Below are positions 12,486-26,214 of a stretch of DNA of 64,000 bases, piece by piece (positions within the stretch are counted from its first letter, which is position 1; each line of letters begins with the position of its first letter). The position numbers and the translations under genes are program-made. The notes under the pieces are model-generated. The model saw nothing but the letters and a program-made list of their open reading frames with translations. It was not told the DNA's origin and did not search any database. The stretch lies in assembly GCF_009914755.1 (NCBI RefSeq), contig NC_060926.1, one strand, 5' to 3'. This DNA comes from the human T2T-CHM13v2.0 reference genome, Homo sapiens.

Positions 12486-13799
12486 CAGGCCCCCACACCG
12501 CAGGAAATAGTTAAATATTGTTATCATTAGTGATGATCAATCCAGCAAGTAAAATTTGGAAATAGCTGTCATTTTTTACCACATTAATATGTCTCTTCCT
12601 TCTACACAGTTTGCCTTGTAGCCTTGCATCCAGAGATGTGATGTGACCTCTCAAACCACGCTGGGACCGTCTGTGTTCTAGAGAGGCAGAGCAATGCCCC
12701 CACATGGTCAGCAGTGCACCCAACTGAATGCTGGGCACCTTCTCATTGCTTAATTCTCCGTCCAGCTAGCAAGTACCTGAAGTGATAAACCCGTGAGTGT
12801 TCTAACTGGTAGGTTCTTGTGGAAACCACGAAGCTCTCTAAACTACGGACAAGTACATTTGTTCACTTCAAATATTCTCTTGCTATTCCTTATGGAAAGA
12901 ACATCTTTTTGGACCCTGGAAGACAGTTTGAATAGAGGGAAGACATCCTCAGCAGTCCGCATGGAACACGTTGATGAAAGTGCTGGGAGCAGCTCCCTGT
13001 TGTAGTGATGCTGTGCCCTTGCAGGGGGGATAGGAACAGTTGATAGCTGTTCACAAGCCATGCTGAGAGGTGGCATGGCTCATGGTAGATCAGATTCAGA
13101 GCCAGAGGGGCTCGGAAATCACCTGGCCCAGCCCCTCATCACAAGGTGAGGCAACCTGCAAGGGGTGATCTATTTTAGTCTTCAAAAGACAGCTAACCCA
13201 CCACTGATGCCTTGTTAAGCTAAGCCCATGATTATTAGGAAGCCAAACAGGTTAAGTGGGACTTCGTCTGTTCCACCAAGCAGAGACCCAATGTGAAAAT
13301 TTCTTGGTGTCTTCCTGACTGATATAAACAAATGTGTACCCACATTCTTTGACCCACTAATTTTAATTAATTTGGTAGTCTTGATTCAAGTACATTTGAC
13401 AAGGGAAGACAAAGACAAGAATGTCTTTATCAATATGAACTATCACTACCATTTTGGAATATTGGTCTATTTCTCATCTTTTTTCTCCCTCACACTATTA
13501 ATGTCTAAATAGGGGACTTGTGTTTCTAGGATTAAAAATAATTCAATTATTGATATCTGTGTATGATCTCAGCCAATAACTTGTCTAAAGGGAATATTTT
13601 ATTCCTGGGCTAAGAATATATTTCTGTATCCAATGCACATTTTTAAAACATAATTTTCATTAAGAAATATTACACACATGTAAAGAAAGTATGGAAAACA
13701 TAAATGTATGCTTTAATGAATTATTACATGAACACTAATGTAACTACTATCTAGATCAAGATGTAAAATGTTGTCAGTATGTCTTCTGTCTAACCTCGT

Positions 13800-14332
13800 C
13801 CTGATGTTAATGTCTCCTAGCTAAACATCACCAGGGGCACAAGTTGGGTTTACTATTTGAAAAGAGAGAACAAAGACCAGGTGGAATGGCAGAGCTTTCC
13901 AGCCGGAGGGTGTTAGAAAGAACCTATTATAGGATTTGACTTGTGCTTGGTAATTTGGGGTGGGGGGAATCTAAGGAACTAGGACTGTCTTTGGATTGGA
14001 TCTTCTCAGGAAATAAGAGAAAATTTTTAATTTGATGCCTCAGTAAGTCTTACCGAGAAAGACGAAGGACTAGATCTAGGCTGAACCTGTAACTGGTAAA
14101 GATGTAGCCGTCACTCACATTATCCAGGAGAAGGGGATATTTGCAGTTCTGTGGCTTGGAAAATGTTCATATTTTGTCTGTGTTCAGATGTGATTGTTGG
14201 GGAATCTTGTTTTTGCCTTATTCCATGACTGATGTTGTCTGATGCTGTCTGATGCTGATGTTCTCTGACTTGTTTGTCTTCAACAGGAGAGCACCAAGGG
14301 CTTACTCAAGGTACAAGGCCAGCCCCTGACCA
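13800..14332 (-). mobile_element. ERV1-like LTR remnant (MER89-like, uncertain)
   Basis: CAACAGGAGAGCACCAAGGG...GGCCAGCCCCTGAC and TTATAGGATTTGACTTGTG segments resemble remembered LTR consensus. Confidence 0.35.
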
Positions 14333-17300
14333 TAAGGGCAGAAGAGGGTACCATATCCCCTTCCCATGCCCCCCTTCCTGAGAGTAGGGATGGACTAGCA
14401 ACCACTGTGTCATTTAAATGTACCTTTTGTAATGACAAGAATTAAGGTATTGAAATTGTCTACTTGATAGGGATAGGTAAGTTTTTTTAATCTCATGTTC
14501 ACATTGAGGTTTTTTTTTCTCCTCCAGATCAACATCAAAACAATTCTTCTTTTTCCTCAATTGTTTAATTAACTTCTGAAGAAGGCATTTAAGGATTAAA
14601 TAATTAGATGACAATCACAACCTCTCTGGGGCATATGTCTTTATTTTCTTAATAATTCTTTATCTATAACTTTAAAAAGCCCTGACTATGACTTGTGTAG
14701 TTATGTTGTGGTCTTTAATCTTTCTCCAACCTCAAATCCATGCCAAGTGTATCTAACCTGTAATGAAGTAAGGGGAAATGGTGTGTGGTATACATTTTCA
14801 ATAATCAGCTAATGACTAGCAGCAGGAAAACTGCACCAAAAACATATAAAACATGTCTTCTTTATTTCACCACATAGCTCCCAGGGTCAAGAAACTTGCA
14901 ATATTCTCCTGACTTTGGCATAACTTGCTGTGGAATATTGGGTTTGATTCTAGCATCTGTAATATGGGGGTAAGAGGATTTCTGGGGATAAGTGAAGCAA
15001 GACAGATAACATGCTCTGAGTTCTTAAAAAACTGCTTAATGTTTTACAAAATTTTTCTAATTTTCATTTGCACATTTTATCCATATCATAGACTTGTATA
15101 GCAGTTATTATTTTAAGTAAGATGAGAATATTCAACCACACAGAGGTTTGCAATCAGCACATATAGCTTATCTTAGAGTCAGAAACTCCATCTTCTTTTT
15201 TTTCACTTGAAACATTTATATTCTTACCATTCTGCCACTGAATTTTTCAGCTTGGCTCTTCAGGGCTGTTCTCTTAAAGAAACTTTTGCTAATTTTTCTT
15301 TAAGAGTCTCATTTGCATGCAATCAAAGCACTATGCTAAGAAAGCAAGAAAAACAAAAGCATCTACCTCTGTTGGCATCAGGGCTGTGGCTTTCAGTTCA
15401 AGAATTACTGCAGTGTTGAAAATGAGCTCATGGATGAACAGCTCTGCATGGATTCAAATGTGGCTGTTTCCTGGCACCTGCTTCCCAAGTCATTGCAGGC
15501 TGTAATTCGTAGTTACTAAGCACCATGTGGGCATTACCAGCATTTCCGATATGCAGTGCCACCTGCTTTCCTGTTAGTAGTTACTAGTATTTTGGGACAC
15601 TCTGAGGAAATCTGAAGTGGTAAATCAGTGGGCACTCATCAATAAAAGAGAAAAATGTGCATATATTCCAACCACTGCCCTCAGAAAACATTCATTGTCG
15701 TACAGACTCCCTGAGCCTGCTCCAGGCACTTACACAAAGTAGACTGTATTTTTTCCTCTTTCTATTTTATCTAGAGGTAGATATTATCAGAGATATTATA
15801 GAAGTACAGAGAAAAAGGCAAAACAACAGGTAACAATAGATGCATGACAACCATTATTCAGGAATAGAAAGAACTATTGGCAAGGGTAAAAGTAACTGAC
15901 AAGGGTAAGTTTCTTGACTTAAAAAAATCAATGACACAAGAAAGAACATGAGGTCTTACAGCCAAAGAGCTGAGCTTAAGAACCACACTGTGCTCATTAG
16001 ATGAGACCTGGGCTGATTGTCTCACTCCTCAAAGTGCCCTTTTCTCATCTGTAGAATGGCAATTCTAACACCTCTTCTACCAACTTTCTTGGGACCCCTA
16101 ATATTTTGTTTAGTTGCCCCTTGCCAACATTAGTAATAAAGTTTATCTGTAAAATGAAAGAACTAAATTAAATAATTGCTAGGTCTTCTTCCAAACTCTA
16201 GAATTGAAAAAAATATGGCTTTCTGTTTTCCCCATTCTCTGAGTACCTAGTTCACATCATAAGATCACATAAGGCACTGACAATCACCAGGGTTTGGAAC
16301 AGCTAGTATGTTCCGGGCCCTTCATGGTGTTATCACTGTCTTCATTTTACCTCCTTTCCCAGAAAACATACATACTTCATTAGTTTAAGAGTATTTACAT
16401 ATTGTTTTGTCAAACACTAATTAGGCACCTAATATGTACTAGGCACTATGTATTAAATACGAATATTTCAGATTTACAAATGAAGAAGCTTACATTAAAC
16501 AGCAACAGATTAAATAGCCAGTTAGTTCCTGAAGCAGGATTCAAACTGAGGTCTGTTATTCCAAAGGTTATATTCTACCACGATGCTATTTCTTCAAAGA
16601 TTTCATCTGATAAAAATGGAATGTCTTTAAATTTTCAAACGTTTCTACTGAACAGAATCTTGGGGGAATACACATTGTCTGGTCATGAGTACCACGGCCT
16701 AAAAAGGTTTTTGCTGATGAGTGAGAAATATGAAGAACATCTCTTCTGATCCATAATATCTAAGTTGCAGGTGTCCTGCACTGCTACTGTAGCCAAAAAA
16801 CACTACAACCTGGGCAGCTATCGTTTAATGGAAAGATCAAGGCTTGAAGTAAAAAATTAGGGCCCTGACCCTTACTCTGTCCAATACAGCTTATTCCTTT
16901 AAACAAATTTTTTAACTTCTCAGAATTTGGTTCTACTATCTTTAGAACAGATGACAAACTATTGTACGCCTACCTCACAAAGACATGTGAAAGCATATTG
17001 TAAAACGTAATGCTCTGTGAGTATAAAGAATTACTAATCACAGTGGAAGAAGGCATTTCAAGTACTGATTAACTAAAGCTGAGCTTGATGTTATGACTTG
17101 AAGCCTCGAAGCAAGAAAGATTGCTCAGTGAGTGGGCAGAGAAAGAATGTCACAGAGTTCCCATCACCTGGGTTTGGATGCCCAAGGAAGGAGCCCGGTA
17201 GTGGAGCAGAAAGTACCAGATGTACCAGAAGATACCAGACAAGGCTAATGGTTAGGTTCATGAATAGAATTAGCCTGAGGAAGGGGACAGTAGCTCACAG

Positions 17301-18208
17301 GCCAAATGCCTGGGCAGTCATTGACAAACTACCAACCCCAAACTGTAACTTGAGGAAGAGTTGGGTCACCAAAGCCAGGGCCCAGCAGAGGGAAATTGTG
17401 GGGAAACCCAAATCAACAGGAACAGGTCCCAAAGCAGCCGATGTGTAAGGTAAAATATAGCATTGGAGTGCAGTGGCCCAGGACAGTTCCAGTGGGGAGT
17501 ACCTGGGTTCCAGCCTATAGCTCTATTACATATTCCGTGGGTCATTTGCCTTTGTATTGTATTCAGTTTCAGCCACTTTGCTCACAAGTTGCTCTGTGAG
17601 AGGCAGGGCTAAAGGCCAAGTTGATAAAATGAATGAGCAGAGCAATGTGAAATGAGTGTGCTCATCTGAGAAAGATTTTCAAGTAGAGAGACCTTGAAAT
17701 CCAAGGCTACTTGGATTTAAGGGAGCCAAGAAGCAAGAAAAATCACATACTTAATTGTGATTAAATGTATTATTTTAGAAGCTGGGGAAACTTAAGCCAC
17801 AACATAGCAATTAACATTCTTTATCTGACACCAAAACAATCTGAAAATTCTTGCGTCTTAAAATGATGTTGGCAACTGCTGGCTTTTGGAAAAGGTGAGC
17901 AGGCATATGTGTTTTCTATCATCTTCACCCCTTTTATTAGTGATAACAAACAGTTTCTTCTTGAAGCCAAATGATTTATTTTATATTTGTGTTAATTATA
18001 GAACAGAAAGCCTAAATTCTGCAGGATATTTCCTATGTGTACAGGATGAAGACATCTCTATATGAACATCTGTGGCTAAATATTGCATCTTCAGATAAAA
18101 AATTCTACAGTTGTATGAAAAGAAAGAATTTAAACATTTTTATGAAGTTAAAATACTTATTAAACATGCATATGTTTTCAGGCTATTTTCTATTCTAAAA
18201 TAAAATTC

Positions 18209-18505
18209 AGCTGGGCACAGTGGCTCATGCCTGTAATCCCAGAACTTTGGGAGGCTGAAGAGGAAGATCATTTGAGCCCAGGAGTTCAAGACTAGCCTGA
18301 GCAACATAAAGAGACCCCGTTTCTACAATTTTTTTTTTAAATTACCCGGGCATAGTGGTGTGTGCCTGTGGTCCCAGCTATCTGAGAGGTTGAGGTGGGA
18401 GGATCGCTTCAGCCCAGGAGGTCAAGGCTACAGTGAGCTGTGATTCAACCACTGCACTCCAGCCTAGGCAACAGAGTAAGGCCTTGCCTCAAAAAAATAA
18501 ATAAA
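18209..18505 (+). mobile_element. AluJ
   Basis: Dimeric Alu with J diagnostics (TTTGAGCCCAGGAGTTCAAG), (AAAAT)n tail, TSD-like AAAATAAAAT(T/C)C. Confidence 0.92.
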
Positions 18506-19284
18506 ATAAAATAAAATCCCCAATACATTACTTTAGTAAACACCTGTATTCAGTTGGAATATGTTTGCTTATATATAGTGACTAAATAAAGAGGAAGTTT
18601 ATTTTTAAAGTAGATATATATTTTTATAAATATCAAGAATTTCAAACTTTCCTTGTTTTTTTATATAATAATGACAGTTTTCAAGATTATAAGCCAATTA
18701 CTTTGTAGCACACCCCTCAATTTGGATTTATCTTATGTTTCTTCCTAACTTGATTTTAGGTTGTACATCTCCAGCAAGGATGTCATAGAAGCAATGCTGT
18801 GTTCTTCTTGGAGTATCATATTATGTTAACTTCAGTTGCTTGTGCTTGTTGAAGGTAATATCTACTAGGTTTCTGTAAAAAATAGTAACTACAGTATTTT
18901 TTTCTTTAAAGAAATAAGCATTTTTAATACTTTACATATATAAATATCTCATTACTCATCAAATCTTTCAGTTTATTTTTCTAGTCATCTACGTAAATAT
19001 GAATTCATGGTTTCCTACTTTATTCAATAGATTATAATCTGTTACCATCATTATTTATTTTTCAACTCAAATTACCCCAGGTTTGGCCAGTAGGAGACCT
19101 TTTAATCTGCCTCTGACATCTTTCTGACGGGTATCCATCATTTTTTGAATAATTCTTTGCTCTCTGGCATGATAAAGAATCTCAGGCTCATTTTTTTCCC
19201 CTGGCTCTGCCCTGAAGTTAGTAATTTCTTCAATGAGCTCTGGTAACTTTCAATCTAGGTTGATATTTAGAAACCAAGAGCTGG

Positions 19285-19567
19285 GGCTGGGTGCAGTGGC
19301 TCAAGCCTGTAATCCCACCACTTTGGGAGGCAGAGGCAAGGGAATTGCTTGAATCCAGGAGTTTGAGATCCGCCTGGGCAACACAATGAAAACCTATCTC
19401 TACGACAAATCTAAAAAAATTAGCTGAGTGCAGTGGCGTGCACCTGTGGTCCCAGCTACTGTGGAGGTTGAGGCGGGAGGATTGCTTGAACCCAGGAGAC
19501 TGGGACTGCAGGAAGCTGTGTTTGCATCACTTCACTCCAGCCTGGGCAAAGAGTGAGACCTCATCTC
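19285..19567 (+). mobile_element. AluJ lacking a poly(A) tail
   Basis: Full dimer ends GAGTGAGACCTCATCTC, followed directly by CAGAGCTGGG. Confidence 0.9.
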
Positions 19568-19673
19568 CAGAGCTGGGTGTTAGGTGTGCTCCGTGCTGTG
19601 GTGGTGATAGGTGTGCTCACTGCTGTGGTGGTGTGGCTGCTCCCTGGTCCTCTCCATGTATAGAGCTGGGGAA

Positions 19674-19674
<1 letters not shown>

Positions 19675-19712
<38 letters not shown>
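19675..19712. repeat. (AC)19 microsatellite
   Basis: Direct reading. Confidence 0.95.
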
Positions 19713-19715
<3 letters not shown>

Positions 19716-20559
19716 TATTTATTTCTATGTCTATATGTTTTGAAAACTGTGAGTTCACACTGATACCTTCAATTGAAATTCAACAACACAGGACTCATTC
19801 TGACATTTTCCCCTTCTAACTTTGTAAATCATTCCTTTCATTGAGAGAAAGCAGACTCCTATTATTCCTAATGTATATACATATTATAATATTCACATGT
19901 AAGTAAACAATCCTCCTTCACTACGACTCACCTCCCAATGCCCTAAATTTGGCTCTGACATTGCACAGCAGCTGGTGGACCCTGAATATATAAACACATG
20001 TAGAATGAAGGCTAATAATGGAGATCAGAAAGCAGCTTCACATGGAATGGCCTCATACCATGAAAATGTAGATACAATGGGAGAATCAAAATTGAGGGAA
20101 GAAATAGAATAGCACATGGGAATAAGAATAACCTTGTCATTTATCTTCTATTAGTTGATATTTAAAGGCTATTACTTCAAAATAGTATCCGAGGGAGAGA
20201 CAAAGAGAAGTTGTTGCTAGCTAATTTCAAGAGAGCTCAAAATAGATAACCATTGACTGCATCTACCCACAAAAAGAGGTAACTGAAATATTGTACTGAG
20301 GTATTAGTGTAAAGTTGGAATTCAAATATTCCCATGTATAAAAATATGTTAATAAAAGAGAAATTTAAATAGAACACAAATGAAAGATTAAATATGTGTG
20401 TAATATACACAAACATTTACTATATATCAATATGTATCTTTATAATGATACACTTTATGTATGTATACATATATACATACACATAAATTTATATAAAATG
20501 AAATATGAATATGGAATAAAAGAATTCGAATATATCAATGACATCAATGATAGAAATAA

Positions 20560-21718
20560 TTAAAATAGAATATTTTCAAATTTTCTAAAAATATAAATAT
20601 ATGAAACATATCTAAAATAAAGGTAATCAGACAGTTTTTAAATGAAAAGAGAAAAAATATGAACATAATGAAATGAGGGGTTGAGATCTAGATATCTATC
20701 AAGGTAGAATTTAGGCCAAAAAGTATTAAAAGAGTCAAAGGAAGGAAATTTTCAAATGAAAATGTAACAATTATTCCGTTACCACTCAATAATAATGATT
20801 TTCATTATACAAGAGATGCACAGATAAATAGAAACATAATAAAACAACTATAGAAATATCATACTAAACCTCTTTTGGTCTAAGATAGATTAAGATCAAT
20901 CAATATCATTAATAATGTAGATTCTATAAATATATATTAAATTCAGACCTCTGATGATGTAAACTATACTCTCAAGTACAATGAAACACTTATGCAAACT
21001 GATTTAGTACAGGACACACCATCGCAATAAATTAAAAAGGCAAATGCAAATATTAGCATTCTCTGATAATAATGTGCTAAAACTAGAAATTAGTAACAAA
21101 ATTAGTGTGTTAAAAGGCCTATTCACTGGATATGGCAAAAAAAGCTATTAAAAAACAGGAAGTGAATAGTTTCTTGAAAGTAACAATAACATTCTATAAA
21201 TTTGAGAGCTGTAGAATCAACTGAAAGTTATCAGAAGAAATTTTGTAGCAATAAATACATCAATAAAATATATTAACTCATCAAGTTAAAAAGCTACAAA
21301 GAGAGCAGAAGACAAATCAAAAGAAAGTGAAAGGAAGATATTAATAAAGACAAGAGGAGAAATTAATGATTGGAGAAAATGAAGAACAAAGTAAACCTAA
21401 AAGCTGTATATTTAACATGAATGGTCTATGTATACAGTCAAAAGAGAGAGACTATCAGAGTGGATTTTTTTAAAAAACACAATTATATGTTGCCTATCAG
21501 AAAGCCAGAAAAAACAGATTATTTTAAAAAGATGATGAAAAATATGTCATATTAACAGTAACCAAAAGAAAGCTGGAGTGGTTATACTAATTTCAGGCAA
21601 AGGAGACTTCAGAGCAAGGAAAATTACTAGGGATAAAGAGTGCCTTTATATGATGATGATTCTCAAAGAAGACTTGCAAGTTCTTAATGTGTATGCATCT
21701 AACAACATAAGGTCAAAA
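20560..21718 (+). mobile_element. Highly decayed L1M ORF2 (endonuclease-region) fragments
   Basis: A-rich; ORF 21578-21763 VILISGKGDFRARKITRDKE...LNVYASN resembles L1 EN; boundaries approximate. Confidence 0.6.
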
Positions 21719-21968
21719 GAGGGCTTACCAAGATGGCCGAACAGGAACAGCTCCGATCTGTAGCCCCCGGCGAGATCAATGCAGAAGGCGGGTGATTTCT
21801 GCATTTACAACTGAGGTACATAACTCATCTCACTGGGACTAGTTAGACAGTGGGTGCAGCCCACGGAGGGTGAGCCAAAGTAGGCTGGGGTGTCACCTCA
21901 CCAGGGAAACATGAGGGATCAGGGTACTCCCTCCCCTAGCCAAGAGAAGCTGTGAGGGATTGTGCCAT

Positions 21969-23405
21969 TGAGAGGTGACAGCGTGCTGGCAGCCCTCGCA
22001 GCCCTCGCTCACTCTCGGCACCTCCTCAGCCTTGGCACCCACTCTGGCTGTGCTTGAGGAGCACTTCAGCCTGCCGCTGCACTGTGGGAGCCCCTTTATG
22101 GGCTGGCCGAGGACGGAGCCAGCTCCCTCAGCTTGCAGGGAGGTGTGGAGGGAGAGGCGCAGGCGGGAACCCGGGCTGCGCAGGATGCTTGTGGGCCAGC
22201 GTGAGTTCTGGGTGGGCGTGGGCTTGGCGGGCCCCGCACTCAGAGTGGCCAGCCGGTGCTGCTGGCCCAGGCCGTGAGGAGCTTAGCACCTGGGCCAGCA
22301 GCTGTGGAGCGTGCGCCAGGTCCCACAGCAGTGCCGGCCCGCCGGCACTGCTCTCAAATTCTCACTGGGCCTCAGCTGCCTCCCCGCGGGGCAGGGCTGG
22401 GGACCTGCAGCCTGCCATGCCTGAGCCTCCCCAATGCTGTGGGCTCCTGCACAGCCCAAGCCTTCCCAATGAGCGCCACCCCCTGTTCCGCGGCACCCAG
22501 TCCCATTGACCACCCAATGGCTGAGGAGTGTGGGTGCACAGTGGGGGACTGACAGGCAGCTCCACCTGCTGCCCCAGTGTGGGTACCACTGGGTGAAGCC
22601 AGCTGGGATCCTGAGTCTAGTGGGAACTTGGAGAACTTTTATGTCTAGTTGGAGGATTGTATATGCACCAATCAGCACCCTGTGCCTAGCTCAGGTTTTG
22701 TAAATGCACCAATCAGCACTCTGTGTCTAGCTTAGGGTTTATAAATACACCAATCAGCACTCTGTATCTAGCTAATCTAGTGGGGACTTGGAGAACTTTT
22801 GTGTCTAGCTCAGGGATAGTAAATGCACCAATCAGCACCCTGTCAAAACGGACCAATCAGCTGTCTGTAAAACAGACCAATCAGCTCTCTGTAAAATGGA
22901 TCAATCAGCAGGATGTGGGTGGGGCCAGATAAGGGAATAAAGGCTGGCTGCCCGAGCCAGCAGTGGCAACCTGCTGGGGTCCCCTTCCACACTGTGAAGG
23001 ATTTGTTCTTTTGCTCTTTGCAATAAATCTTGCTGCTGCTCACTCTTTGGGTCCACACTGCCTTTATGAGCTGTAACACTCACCAGGAAGGTCTGCAGCT
23101 TCACTGCTGAGGCCAGCAAGACCACAAACCCACCAAGAGGAATGAACAACTCCAGACGGGAGGAATGAACAACTCCAGATGCACCACCTTAAGAGCTGTA
23201 ATACTCACCACAAAGGTCTGCAGCTTCAATCCTGAAACCAGCGAGACCACGAACCCACCAGAAGGAAGAAACTCCAAATATGTCCAAACATCAAAAGGAA
23301 CAAACTCTGGACACACCATCTTTAAGAACTGTAGCACTCACCGCAAGGGTCTACAGCTTTATTCTTGAAGTCAGTGAGACCAAAAACCCACCAATTCCGG
23401 ACATA
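21969..23405 (+). mobile_element. LTR12-family (ERV9; C/D/E subtype) solo LTR inserted in the L1 5'UTR
   Basis: Starts TGAGAGGTGACAGCGTGCTGGC, ends CCAATTCCGGACATA; 4-bp TSD CCAT/CCGT; six intact CCAATCAG boxes ~22665-22885; AATAAA at 22936 and 23022. Confidence 0.95.
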
Positions 23406-25204
23406 CCGTGAGGAACAGTGCACTCTGGCCCAGATACTCTGCTTTTCCCAATGGTCTTCGCAACCCACAGGCCAGGAGATTTCCTTGGGTACCTACACCA
23501 CCAGGGCCCTGGGTTTCAAGTGCAAAACTGGGTGGCCATTTGGGCCGACACCAAACTAGCTGCAGGAGGCTTTTTTGTTCATACCCCAATGGCACTGGAA
23601 TGCCAGTGAGACAGAACTGTTCACTCCCCTGGAAAGGGAGCTGAAGCCAGGGAGTCAAGTGGTGTAGCTCAGTGGATCCCACCCCCACAGAGCCCAGCAA
23701 GCTAAGATCCACTGGCTTGAAATTCTCACGGGCGGCACCTGGGACACTAGAGCTTGGTGGGGGCAGGGGCAGCTGCCATTATTGAGGCTTGAGTAGGTGG
23801 TTTTCCCCTCACAGTGTAAATAAAACCGCAGGAAATTCCAACCAGGCAGAGACCTCCACAGCTCAGCAAAGCCTCCATAGCCAGACTGCCTCTCTAGATT
23901 CCTCTTCTCTGGGCAGGGCATCTCTGAAAAAAAGGCAGCAGCCCCAGTCAGGGACTTATAGATAAAACCCCCAACTCCCTGGGACAGAGCACCTAGGGGA
24001 AGGGGCGGCTGTGGGCACAGCTTCAGCAGACTTAAATGTTCCTGCCTGTCAGCTCTAAAGAGAGCAGCAGATCCCCCAGCACAGCGCTTGAGCTCTGCTA
24101 AGGGACAGACTGCCTCCTCAAGTGGGTCCCTGACCCCCTTGCCTCCTGACGGGGAGACGAATCTCAGCAGGGGTCAACAGACACCTCATACAGGAGAGCT
24201 CCAGCCGGCATCTGGTGAGTGCCCCTCTGGGATGAAGCTTCCAGAGGAAGGAACAGGCAGCAATATTTGCTGTTCTGCAGCCTCTGCTGGTGATACCCAG
24301 GCAAACAGGGTCTGGAGTGGACCTCCAGCAAACTCCAACAGACCTGCAGCAGAGGGGTCTGACTCTTAGAAGGAAAACTAACAAATAGAAAGGAAAAGCA
24401 TCAACATCAACAAAAAGGATGTCCATACAGAAACCCCATCTAAAGGCCACCAACATCAAAGACTACAGGTAGATAAATCCACGAAGATGGGGAGAAACCA
24501 GTGGAAAAAGGCTGAAAATTCCAAAAAACAGAACATCTCTTCTCCTCCAAAGAATCACAACTCCTCGCCAGCAAGGGAACAAAACTGGATGGAGAATGAG
24601 TTTGATGAATTGACTGAAGTAGGCTTCAGAAGGTGGGTAATAACAAACTCCTCTGAGCTAAAGGAGCATGTTCTAACCCAATACAAGGAAGCTAAGAACC
24701 TTGAAAAAAGGTTGGATGAATTGCTAACTAGAATAACCAGTTTAGAGAAGAACATAAATGACATGATGGAGCTGAAAACACAGCGTCAGCACTTCATGAA
24801 GCATACACAAATATCAATAGCCGAATCGATCAAGTGGAAGAAAGGATATCAGAGATTGAAGATCAACTTAATGAAATAGAGCATGAAGATAAGATCAGAG
24901 AAAAAAGAATGAAAAGGAATGAACAAAGCCTCCAAGAAATATGGGACTATGTGAAAAGACCAAATCTACGTTTGATTGGTGTACCTGAAAGTGACAGGGA
25001 GAATGGAACCAAGTTAGAAAACACTCTTCAGGATATTATCTAGGAGAACTTCTCCAACCTAGCAAGGCAGGCTGACATTCAAATTCAGGAAGTAATGGAG
25101 AACACCACAAAGATACTCCTGGAGAAGAGCAGCCCCAAGACACATAATTGTCAGATTCATCAAGGTTGAAATAAAGGAAAAAATGTTAAGGGCAGCCAGA
25201 GAGA

Positions 25205-26214
25205 TGTAGGGAAAAGACAGAGAGATCAGACTGTCACTGTGTCTATGTAGAAAGGGAAGACATAAGAGACTCCATTTTGAAAAAGACCCGTACTTTGAAC
25301 AATTGCTTTGCTGAGATGTTGTTAATTTGTAGCTTTGCTCCAGCCACTTTGACCCAACCTGGAGCTCACAAAAACATGTGTTGTATGAAATCAAGGTTTA
25401 AGGGATCCAGGGCTGTGCAGGACGTGCCTTGCTAACAAAATATTTACAAGCAGTATACTTGGTAAAAGTCATCGCCATTCTCTAGTCTCAATAAACCAGG
25501 GGCATAATGCACTGTGGAAAGCCACAGGGACCTCTGTCCTTGAAAGCGGGGTATTGTCCAAGGTTTCTCCCCATGTGATAGTCTGAAATATGGCTTCGTG
25601 GGATGAGAAAGACCTGACCGTCCCCCAGCCCGACACCTGTAAAGGGTCTGTGCTGAGGTTGATTAGTAAAAGAGGAAAGCCTCTTGCAGTTGAGATAGAG
25701 GAAGGCCACTATCTCCCACCTGCCCCTGGGAACTGAATGTCTCAGTATAAAACCCGATTGTACATTTGTTCAATTCTGAGATAGGAGAAAAACTGTCCTA
25801 TGGTGGGAGGCGAGACATGTTTGCAGTAATGCTGCTTTGTTATTCTTTACTCCGCTGAGATGTTTGGGTGGAGAGAAACATAAATCTGGCTTACGTGCAT
25901 GTCCAGTCATAGTACCTTCCCTTGAACTTAATTATGACATAGATTCTTTTGCTCACATGTTTTTTTGCTGACCTTCTCCTTATTATCACCCTTCTCTCCT
26001 ACTACATTCCTTTTTGCTGAAATAATGGAAATAATAATCAATAAAAACTGAGAGAGGCCAGTGCCAGTGCAGGTCCTTGGTATGCTGAGCACTGGTCCCC
26101 TGGGCCCACTGTTGTTTCTCTATACTTTGTCTCTGTGTCTTATTTCTTTTCTCAGTCTCTCGTCCTACCTGACTAGAAATACCCACAGGTGTGGAGGGGC
26201 AGGCCACCCCTTCA
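25205..26214 (+). mobile_element. HERV-K(HML-2) solo LTR, LTR5A-like, inserted in L1 ORF1
   Basis: TGTAGGGAAAAGACAGAGAGATCAGACTG...CCACCCCTTCA; perfect 6-bp TSD GAGAGA (25199-25204, 26215-26220); TATAAA 25746, AATAAA 26040. Confidence 0.95.

Larger units (their letters stand above)
18650..19900 (-). mobile_element. Old L1MC-type 3' fragment interrupted by an Alu
   Basis: TTTGTAGCACACCCCTCAATTTGGATTTATC...TCAAATTACCCCAGGTTTGGCCAGTAGGAGACC...ATTTAGAAACCAAG..CTGGG..TAGGTGTGCTC. Confidence 0.65.

Noticed and set aside
21975-22680. CpG island or GC-rich ORFs suggesting a gene promoter
   Set aside because: Entirely LTR12 U3 sequence
23137-23182. ~23-bp tandem repeat in the LTR12 3' region
   Set aside because: I recall it as a feature of some LTR12 subfamily consensus sequences, so it is probably not locus-specific
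23747-23779. L1 antisense ORF0
   Set aside because: The ATG is present (23779-23777) but a TAG occurs at codon 11 (MAAAPAPTKL*)
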